21,155 nucleotides of DNA, taken from assembly GCA_048882045.1 (NCBI GenBank), contig JBHLRZ010000047.1, positions 1 to 21,155 on the forward strand. Reading direction: 5' to 3'. This DNA is from Candidatus Thorarchaeota archaeon. GTDB taxonomy: Archaea; Asgardarchaeota; Thorarchaeia; Thorarchaeales; Thorarchaeaceae. Every line of letters begins with the position of its first letter. The stretch's first letter is position 1. Under the pieces are notes generated by a model, which did not search any database, had not been told where the DNA came from, and was given only the letters and a program-made list of their open reading frames with translations. The translations under genes were made by a program, and so were the position numbers. This document shows, piece after piece, positions 1 to 8,800 of this stretch.

Positions 1-183
1 CTGAACAGTCCCTCGTTCATCACGAAGTATGAGGAACTTGATCTTTCCCTTGTCCCGAAGGATATGAGTCCAACCCATCAAAACAACTTCTTTCCCATCC
101 AATTTTGAAGTGATTTCACTACTGTAATGAGTACGGGTCTCATTGCCGATTGGTACCGTCCCTGCGTCGTCATAGAAGTTCAT
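1..183 (-). CDS. aspS: Aspartyl-tRNA synthetase, archaeal type (N-terminal OB-fold anticodon-binding domain; gene continues off the left edge)
   Basis: Not in the ORF track. Manual translation from ATG at 183 gives MNFYDDAGTVPIGNETRTHYSSEITSKLDGKEVVLMGWTHILRDKGKIKFLILRDERGTVQ. This matches the RTHY...V.L.GW....R..G.I.F..LRD..G.VQ signature of archaeal AspRS (class IIb; AsnRS is the less likely alternative). GAGGT SD-like motif 6 nt upstream (190-194). Confidence 0.88.
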   Translation of the reverse strand, partial: MNFYDDAGTVPIGNETRTHYSSEITSKLDGKEVVLMGWTHILRDKGKIKFLILRDERGTVQ

Positions 184-256
184 TTTAAAACCTCAGGCTG
201 ATTCAATCGCCTGTGACATGAGTACATTATGAGGCTTTTGGAGAGAGTTGAAGAGG

Positions 257-276
257 GTCTGGGTTAAAACCCAGAC
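257..276. promoter_or_regulatory. Perfect inverted repeat between the HTH gene and aspS (operator or terminator hairpin)
   Basis: GTCTGGGTT-AA-AACCCAGAC (9-bp arms). It lies 28 nt after the HTH stop codon and ~73 nt upstream of the aspS ATG, followed on the minus strand by a pyrimidine-rich tract. Confidence 0.45.
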
Positions 277-304
277 GCCACCTTCTGGACCACAGTTCCC
301 GATG

Positions 305-517
305 TCACATTGGGACCTTTACAAGCTCATAGACTCTCTCCCTCGCGTCATCCTTATGTTCCTCTTCCCGAATTAGACCCAGAGCCTTCAGTCTGCTGAG
401 ACCGTAGTTCACAGTTCGGGGAGGGAGGAAAGTGCTGCTAATCAGGTCCTGCCGGGACATCCGGCGTCTGTCCCTAAGTAGCACGTATAGGAACTTCGCA
501 GAAGGAGGTAGAGACAA
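305..517 (-). CDS. Small winged helix-turn-helix (MarR/TrmB-like) transcriptional regulator; start uncertain
   Basis: LPPSAKFLYVLL...MSRQDLISSTFLPPRTVNYGLSRLKALGLI...DARERVY matches the widespread archaeal small wHTH family (LPPSAK...RTV.YAL..L...DAR...Y). The TTG at 517 has no SD. The frame stays open to 553, and a strong SD/ATG at 563 is out of frame by one base. Confidence 0.85.
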   Translation of the reverse strand: MSLPPSAKFLYVLLRDRRRMSRQDLISSTFLPPRTVNYGLSRLKALGLIREEEHKDDARERVYELVKVPM

Positions 518-692
518 GAATGAGCGTCGGGCAAAGGTGATCCCACCTGAAAGTTAGTGCCATGTATCATTTACCTCCGTAAAGTTTAGCCTCAGACTGA
601 CAAGTTTCATTGATAAGCTTTGGTATCTGCGTTATATCATATTATCAGAATGACTCTTCGTCTTGGAAGCTACTTCAGAGAGGAGAATAGTT

Positions 693-1952
693 TCAATGAG
701 TGGGTGCATGCTGTTCAGTTGCAGGCATACTTGGTCGCTCATTAGTGGACCAAAAGTCTACAATTTTATTCAGCAGATCAGCTATACCTTCACCAGTTAT
801 AGTTGAAGTTTCCATGAAGAACAGTGGATGAGACTGTCCATTTTCACCCATGGATTTTGCAGCTTTTTCGCAATATGCTCTGGCTTCTTCTGTTGTCACA
901 GGAACTTCAAAATCATCTTCTTCATCATATACCGGATGATCACGAAGATCTGTTTTATTTCCTACAATAATCATTGGAGGAGGAATCAAGAACACATTAG
1001 AAACTTCCTTTATCCAGAAGTCTAGACTCTCGAAGCTCCACCTTTCAGCTACCGAATATACAATTACAACAATTCCAGCACCGGTATAGAACTCTGTCTT
1101 TGGTATTTTCTCATCTATACTCTTCTGGAATGTCCAAGCATCAACTCTTACATTTGCTTGATTATGTTCGACAATATTGCTATAGGTGAACGGTTTGGTT
1201 GGAGGGATATCAAGAGAAGGATATTCATTTCCAAGCTTCAGATTACTTTCAAAGATTATACTATTGACACCAACCCCATCTTCGCCAAGGAACAGTACCT
1301 TCAGGTCAAATAGATTTGAAACCGGTTCGGCTGAGAATTGATCTGTTTCGGGCATTTCTGTAACAGGGAGAATATCATCTGGCATATCCCATACAAACTT
1401 CACAGGTTTATCGTTCTCTGAAGATTGTGTTCTTGGCGTAGGTGTAGTTGTAGGTATGTTTTCTGCATGGAAAGAATATACTAAACCTGTCACTTCCTCA
1501 CTAAGAGGAACATCCCAGATATTCATTGTCTGAGGAGCGGGGACTTCAAGTTTCAATTCCTGTGGGATTGGTAGTTCCGAAGTCAAACTGATTTTTATGT
1601 CATCAGAATCGATGAGCTTGCCAGTTGGGGAGAGGAATTCGTCTTTAAGGGATTCAATCACGTTTAGTGCCCTTGCGAGTTCAAGCAGATCATCTTTCGT
1701 TAGCTCTTCCTCACCAGGAATAATATCAACTTCGGGAAGGCCAATTCTTTTCAAAATAAACTTGAGAATAGGCTGCGGAACATTGAATCCTCGAAGATAC
1801 GCAAAACGTTGCACATCTTCCATGACTTCTTTGAAAGACCTACCGGTGTACTTCAATCTCCTAGAAATGACTCCGTCTACGATGCTTACTCGATTGACTT
1901 TGAGACTTACCTCAATATTAGTCCCCGGGATCTGCATCCTTAGACAACCCAC
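693..1952 (-). CDS. Rab/Ras-superfamily small GTPase-like protein with ~210-aa N-terminal extension; degenerate G1/G3 (probable pseudo-GTPase)
   Basis: C-terminal ~200 aa: KVLFLGEDGVGVNS (G1-like), FYTGAGIVVIVYSV...SFESLDFWIKEV (Rab-like beta4/alpha3), IIVGNKTDL (G4), FMETSTITGEGIADLL (G5). GTG start with GAGG upstream. No C-terminal Cys prenylation motif. Confidence 0.85.
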   Translation of the reverse strand: MGCLRMQIPGTNIEVSLKVNRVSIVDGVISRRLKYTGRSFKEVMEDVQRFAYLRGFNVPQPILKFILKRIGLPEVDIIPGEEELTKDDLLELARALNVIESLKDEFLSPTGKLIDSDDIKISLTSELPIPQELKLEVPAPQTMNIWDVPLSEEVTGLVYSFHAENIPTTTPTPRTQSSENDKPVKFVWDMPDDILPVTEMPETDQFSAEPVSNLFDLKVLFLGEDGVGVNSIIFESNLKLGNEYPSLDIPPTKPFTYSNIVEHNQANVRVDAWTFQKSIDEKIPKTEFYTGAGIVVIVYSVAERWSFESLDFWIKEVSNVFLIPPPMIIVGNKTDLRDHPVYDEEDDFEVPVTTEEARAYCEKAAKSMGENGQSHPLFFMETSTITGEGIADLLNKIVDFWSTNERPSMPATEQHAPTH

Positions 1953-2118
1953 GCATTCCTCTTCTTAACCAATGTCTGCTTCTTAAGCAAACATATGATA
2001 TATGATTAATTCATAATTTTATATATTAAGTCTTCTCATATATTATCTGACTTTTAGAAAATGAGCATGTGAACAAAAGAGAGCCCGCATAGTTAGAAGC
2101 AAAGCGCCATATATTGAA
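1953..2118. promoter_or_regulatory. AT-rich divergent intergenic region (probable promoters for the GTPase-like gene and the LRR gene)
   Basis: 166-bp, strongly AT-rich spacer between divergent starts. TATA-like TTTTATATATTAAG at 2017-2030 and a short inverted repeat TATGA-N5-TCATA at 2001-2015. Confidence 0.5.
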
Positions 2119-2787
2119 ATGGAGGAGCCCCTCTATTATCAAAGAAAGAGACTATGTGGGTTTAAAGTGATAGAAGTTAATGTTACCTTGTCTGATGGCA
2201 CCAATGAAACAATTCCAATTGCTTCTCACACCAAAGTGGTTGATCTTTCAAGCAAGTCGATAATGGCCATCAATCTTTCCGAACTTGACGGTCTTGAAGC
2301 TATTGAAAGTCTAATACTTAGTGGAAACAGCCTGATGACAGTTGATTTGACAGTCTTAGCCTTTTGTCCGGGAATTCGTTCAATATACCTAAATGAAAAC
2401 AACATTCAGATTGTGAACCTAGAAACACTTGGATATTGTACAACTCTGGAGAATCTTGATTTGAGCCAAAATCAAATCTTTAGAGTAGACCTCTCTCCAC
2501 TTTCCCAATGTAAGAGTCTAGTGACACTTAGCCTAGAGAAGAATCGGTTGGTGAATCTAGACTTGTCGCCCATTTCAAAATGTGCTCAGCTAAGAGAGTT
2601 GAATCTACTACAGAATCCTATCAAAAGACTTGACATAACACCGCTCCTTTCTTGTGCTTCACTTGATGAATTGATGGTTCCTGATAATTCAAGATTAATC
2701 TCAAGAAAAAGACAAGAAATCGAATTATTGAATCCTCCAGCTATAAATAGACTGATTGCAGAAGATAAGATCGAGTTCCTTTTATGA
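2119..2787 (+). CDS. Leucine-rich repeat protein (24-aa repeats, cytoplasmic); alternative in-frame GTG start at 2167
   Basis: About six tandem 24-aa units with LxxLxLxxNxI/LxxxDLxxLxxC consensus, e.g. LENLDLSQNQIFRVDLSPLSQCKS and LVTLSLEKNRLVNLDLSPISKCAQ. No signal peptide or TM segment. Confidence 0.92.
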   Translation: MEEPLYYQRKRLCGFKVIEVNVTLSDGTNETIPIASHTKVVDLSSKSIMAINLSELDGLEAIESLILSGNSLMTVDLTVLAFCPGIRSIYLNENNIQIVNLETLGYCTTLENLDLSQNQIFRVDLSPLSQCKSLVTLSLEKNRLVNLDLSPISKCAQLRELNLLQNPIKRLDITPLLSCASLDELMVPDNSRLISRKRQEIELLNPPAINRLIAEDKIEFLL

Positions 2788-2893
2788 ATCAAATTTTATA
2801 CATGAGATGGTATCTAAATATACTAGATTATCTTATTTTTTGATATTTCGATATTTTGCTGTTTCAAAGTGGTTGTATTTAGGAGCAGATAGT

Positions 2894-5800
2894 ATGAAGA
2901 AGGCAGGCGCTGCCTTAATAGTAGTAATCATCTTCTTAGTCCCGATGCTGTCTGGGCCTCCTCCTGTAGATAGATTTTCCCTCTTTTCTGATGCAATTGA
3001 GAGGGCAGATGATTACCTACCAAGCGACTGGCAAGATTCAAACTCAGGAAATGGAGATCCATTGCTTGGAAACTTCAACGGATTCAAAGTTGCAAGTGGA
3101 ACGTCAAGTCTTGACTTTTCAAAATCTGGGTTCATTGGTATCGATCCACCATTGGGTTGGAACTCCCAACAGTTAGAGGGACAGCTTGATCATCTCTCGA
3201 TATGGGCGGATGGTGTCTTAGTCAATCCGAATCTTGATTCGTACCATGAAGAACATTGGTTTATGACAGGCAACCCTGAATATAACAACGATCCGTTCTT
3301 TACCCCAGATGGATGGACAATAGTGAAGTTCGATGCGTCTGGTGGTACTGAGCACCCACAGCATGGTGTTTTCGAAATCAATTCATATTCTGGAAATGGA
3401 TACGATAATTCGCAAGGATGGAGATTCGATGCCAATCCTAGCAGTGGGACGACATTAGATCCATCGAATCAGATGTATTTAAGTCAGCAAATTTCTATAC
3501 CCTGGAGAAGTATCTATTCAGCTGAGATCAAATTCCGCTACTATGTTTCAAGTACTTCCATTTTAGACAATGACGTATTTATTTTCACGAGAGTCGAGGA
3601 TTATATTTCAAAGAACAATGTGTTTGTAAGCGGCACACCTATGGATACGTGGCTTCAAGCCACAAATATAGTACCCGCTTCTGCATTCCAATCTATGGAA
3701 GATCTAGGCTCAATGATTTTTGATATAGGTCTTGGAACGGATATAACTGGCATACCTGGAGCCTCAGTTCATGAAGTGTATATTGACGAGGTTGATGTAA
3801 GACTCCAAGTCCGCCCCTTCACAGAACAGATCGATCTACGAGCAAACGGAGCTAAGGTGACGGGATCAACTCAGGGAAGTGTTAGCCCATATGTTCCTGA
3901 TGGAAGTAATAGGGATTGCTACAGCGCACCGGATTCGAATGGAGGATCAGGCGGAGTAGACCTCAATGGATATGGTGACAATGGGTGGCTGGATGTTGGA
4001 GCGGATATCCCAGCCTATCCAGACTGGACAACAGCTTTCAGCTATCAGGCGGGTCTTCAATTTCCATTGCATGTCCCCCAAGGTTCAGCAGTCACATCGG
4101 CCACACTTCAGGTTGAAGCACCTAGTGACTCAACAGGTTTACCAGGAATGCGTATCTATGTTGCCGCTGAAGATGATGTTGCTGCGTTCACAAGTGGGTA
4201 TCCACTTCTTCCTGACAGATACAACTGGGTGAATACAAGCATCTATTGGCGACCCTCAACTTGGATAGCTAACGGGAGGTATGACACACCTGACATAGCC
4301 GCCCTAATTCAGGAAGTTGTATCAAGACCAGGCTGGCAGAGTGGAAATTACATCTGCGTAATGATTGACTATGCATATTCAAATCAGCAGTACGCATACA
4401 ATCAGATAAAGGGCTCAGCAGGATTTGCCCAAGCAGATCTTGCAAGACTATTTGTAGAGTATACCGAGGTTGATCCTTCAGATATAATACCTAGTTTTCA
4501 ATTTAACAAAGACATTGTTTTTGATCACACTAGGGTCGTGGCAGATCTCCAAGACTTTCCTGTTCTTGTGGATATTTGGGATGAGGACCTTCACTTCAAT
4601 ACACAACCTGATGGTGATGATATAGCATTCCTCTACAATGGCCAAGTCATCCCACATGAGCTTGAGTTATTCGATAAGAAAGGAAATGGAACTCACGCAC
4701 ATCTTGTCTGTTGGGTAAAAGTTCCTCAACTTTCGTCTGTCGAAGACACTACAATAGTGATGGTTTATGGTGATGAGGATCTTGGCAGCCAAGAAGACCC
4801 TGAGAGTGTGTGGGACTCTGATTATTCCTCTGTCTTGCATTTGGATAACAACCCTGCACAACCACAGTGGGACTCGACCTACGCGGACTACTTACCACAT
4901 CAACCTCAGATTCTAGACAGTACGTGGAATAATCTTGATGGTTTGTCATATGGTACTATGACCTCGAGTGATAGTGTTAGCGGTCAGATTGGAAATGCAA
5001 TTGACCTTGATGGTATAAACGATTTTGTCGATTTTGGGAATCCCTCAGAGTTGCAGATGAGTGGAGCTTTCACAGTCGAGGCATGGTTCAACGCTGATTT
5101 TATAGATAATGACTATCTTGTAGTCAAGTCAGGTGAAAGCAACTACCGTGGGTGGGATCTCAGTTTTGATGATGATCCAACGATAAGTCCTGCAGGTTGG
5201 GTAATGTTTAGATTCAGTCCAGATGGCGTAGCTATGACAGCCGTTGGTTACGAACGAGTTGACACGGGCCATTGGTATCATGTAGTTGGAGTGTTCAGTC
5301 CTTCATCATATGTAAGATTCTATTTGAATGGTGAACTGGCAGGTGAATTAACATCCGGTGTACCAGCATCTGTGAATGATCCTCCGAATCGGCCTGTTAG
5401 AATTGGCCGAAGGTCCGATAATCCAGGTGGAACATCATATATGGATACAATTGTAGATGAAGTTCGCATATCGACCGTTGCCAGGTCTGATGCATGGATT
5501 AGGACACAATACAACAATCAGAAGAGTCCGCATTTGTTCCTGTCCGTGGGCGATGAGAGTGCAAACTTCCAGTACATGAAAGACATCACTATCGATCATA
5601 CCAGAGTAGATTCTGATCTTGAAGGCTTTCCAGTTTTGATAGATATCTTTGATTCAGACTTACGGACGAAAGTACAAACAGATGGAGATGATATTGCATT
5701 CTTGCAAAATGGTAGGAGTATTCCACATGAAATTGAATTATTCAATCAACAATACAACTCCACTCATGCACATCTCATAGCTTGGGTCAAAGCTGATCTC

Positions 5801-8800
5801 TCATCAGCAGTTGATACTGTGTTGACAATGTACTATGGTAATCCATTGATAGGAAATCAGGAAAATCCGGAAGGCGTATGGGGAATCAACTATTTCGGTG
5901 TCTGGCACCTTGGAGAAACTAGTGGTGACGCACTTGATTCTACGTACTTGGGTATTGATGGGACAGTAATAGGAGGACCAACAAGAGGAGTTTCTGGTGC
6001 TGTGGGAAATGCGTATGCATTCGATGGTAGTGATGACTATATATCTCTAGCAAACTCGTATACTGAGGTGACGGGTACATACTCATTCTGGGTATATCCT
6101 GTAGGTTTTCCACCTGGACCCAATAGTGAAGTCAATTTTATGGGCGCTGATGCCTACCTCAACAGAATTTCCTACTATAATAGTAGGATCAGAGTTGAAA
6201 CAGCAACAGATGCGGAGTATTTTGATTTTACATCAAGCTCAATTGTAGCAGATGATTGGCTGTATGTTGTTTTTGTAAGATCAGGGGATTTTGGGGACCT
6301 CTACATTAATGGTGTTTGGATACAACAAGATGAAGTTGTAGGAGCAAATACTCTAACAGTGAACAGCATAGCAGGGACAGTTGATTTGGACAGAATGGTG
6401 AATGGCACAATGGATGAAGTCCGGATATCAACAGCGGCTCTCTCAGCTGGCTGGATTATTACCGAGTATAACAATCAGCAAAATCCATTCACTTTCTACT
6501 CTTTGGGAATCGAACAGGAAGTAGTAACACCAAAGGAGGTTCCACTTGACTTTACATACAGGAAAGATATTACCATCGACCATACAAAGGTAACATCAGA
6601 CCTCTATGGATTTCCTGTTCTTATCGATCTCTATGATGCAGACCTTCGATTTAATGTCCAACCAGATGGGGATGATATCGTATTTGCAATGGATGGATGG
6701 ATACTCCCTCACGAAATAGAGCTTTTTGAGCAATCATATAATTCCTCTCATGCACACCTCATCGTCTGGGTGCGAGCTGACCTATCAGCTTCGTCTGACA
6801 CAGTCATTTCAATGTACTATGGGAATCCCACTACAGAGAGTTATGAGAATCCCCATAGTGTCTGGGACACATCTTTTGGTGCTGTGTGGCATTTAAGTGA
6901 AGACCCATCAGGAACAGTCTACGATAGCACAGCAAATGGAAACGATGGTGTAGGCCTGCCAATTGGCTCGGAACCCACTCTTCAAACAGGGAAAATATAC
7001 GGAAGCTCGGAGTTCTATGGAGAGGCCACCAACGACAGAATTGAATCACCTCACTCTTCTTCTCTTGTGCTTCAAACAGACATGCTAGTAGAAGCATGGA
7101 TACAGACATCCAATACAGATCCTACCTCTGATGTCATAGTCGCAAAATGGGGAGATGTGGGTCATAGAAATTACTGGCTAGGAAAACTGGATGGTTCAAC
7201 GCTAGCATTTTATGTTGACAACACTCAGAGCGTTACTGCTCCTCTAAGCTGGATCAGCGATGGCAACTGGCATCACATTGTTGGTGTAGCTGATTCTCTA
7301 GGCGGCGATCTGTTATTGTATATAGATGGCATTGAAAGAGGAAATGCCCTTTACAGCGGTTCAACTCAAACAGGAACATCAGTGATTCAGATAGGAAACA
7401 ATCCGGGTTCAACTGGTTTCATTCAAGAATGGGACGGTCGAATAGACGAAGTGCGAGTTTCGAACTCATATCGAAGTCTGGACTGGATTGTGACAGAGTT
7501 CAATAATCAAAACGACCCTGATTCATTCTATTCAATAGCTGGTGAAATCCTTAGTGTTGGAAACTATGAATTCAGTAGACAAGTCATTGTTTCCGCTGGT
7601 TCCGAACCAATTCCAGCTGGATACTCAACTTCAATCACCATTGACCACGGAGCGTTAGTGCTTGCAGGAAAATCGCAGGCTGATGGTGATGATTTACGAA
7701 TACTTTACTGGAATGGTCTAGGTCTAATTGAGTTGGATAGGGTATTGGACTCAGATTCCTTTTGGAGTTCTTCGACAACAAAGTTATGGTTTAAGATTCA
7801 ATCTGATATCCCAGCTTTGACCTCTGACAATAATTACTACTTGTATTATGGAAATCCCTCTGCATTATCTCCGCCGGACAACCACGCTAATGTCTTTCAA
7901 TTCTACGATGGTTTCGAGAGCGGTGACGTGAGCGCATGGGATGGTTCATACACAGATACAGGCGACTCCCTAACAGTAACAACAGAACAGGCGAATACTG
8001 GTTCATATTCAGCAAAAGGAGAAGTTGACAACCAAGCAGCAGCTCAAGCCATGGTCTGGAAAGACTTCAGTGATAAAACGAATTTGTTAGCCAGAGTCCA
8101 CTTCTACATTTCTCCAACATTTTCTACAACTGATCATGTTACGATTATGCAATTCGTAGACACATCATCAGGATGGGTGAATCAGCTGAGTCTGACCATA
8201 CGAGATGATATGACGCTATATCTATGGAACGCCATTGCTGGAGAGGCATATGGATACGGAACAACTAGCGCAATTTCTACAGGTTCATGGCATATGATAG
8301 AACTGCAGGCCAAGTTCTCCACTACAACAGGAGAGGCAAGAATGTGGTTTGATGGAAACCTCGAAGTTGAAGAGACAGGAAAGAATCTAGGGGCAGAGGG
8401 TGTTGATAAGTTCTGTACTGTGTTCTATTGGGCGTCTCCTCAGACTGAGCCTAATATTGTATTTGCAGATGATGTGATGCTCAGACCATACGTGAATCCT
8501 GAGCCTACAACGTCCTTCGGAGCAGAAGTTGATCAAACCGTTCAATTAGGCTATAAGAAAGACATAACCATAGATCATACGAAGGTCACTGCAGATCTTG
8601 ATGATTTCCCATTGCTCATAGACATCTTTGACACTGATCTCAAAACAAAGGTCCAGCCTGATGGAGATGACATCATATTCAAATCAGGGGGCGTCATACT
8701 TCCTCATGAAATAGAAATTTTCGAGCAATCCTATAATGCGAGTCATGCACATCTTGTAGCTTGGGTAAAAGCAGACCTTCTGTCATCAACTGATACAGTT

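Noticed and set aside
250-307. TGA stop of the HTH gene plus downstream hairpin as a selenocysteine/SECIS signal
   Set aside because: The HTH domain is complete before the TGA, no Cys-equivalent is expected there, and the hairpin lacks a clear SECIS core.
693-2787. Split Roco protein (LRR-ROC-COR)
   Set aside because: The genes are divergent, there is no COR domain, and the G-domain resembles Rab-like proteins rather than ROC.
828-2792. Short alternative ORFs 828-1025, 1597-1968 and 2586-2792
   Set aside because: Antisense shadows of the GTPase-like and LRR genes, with no recognisable motifs.
2842-2856. Tandem GATATTT x2 upstream of the giant gene as an operator
   Set aside because: Too short and AT-rich to distinguish from chance in this intergenic region.
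2756-2893. ORF-track start of the giant protein at 2756
   Set aside because: It overlaps the LRR gene, crosses an AT-rich intergenic-like tract and places 46 residues before the signal peptide. ATG 2894 has an AGGAG SD.
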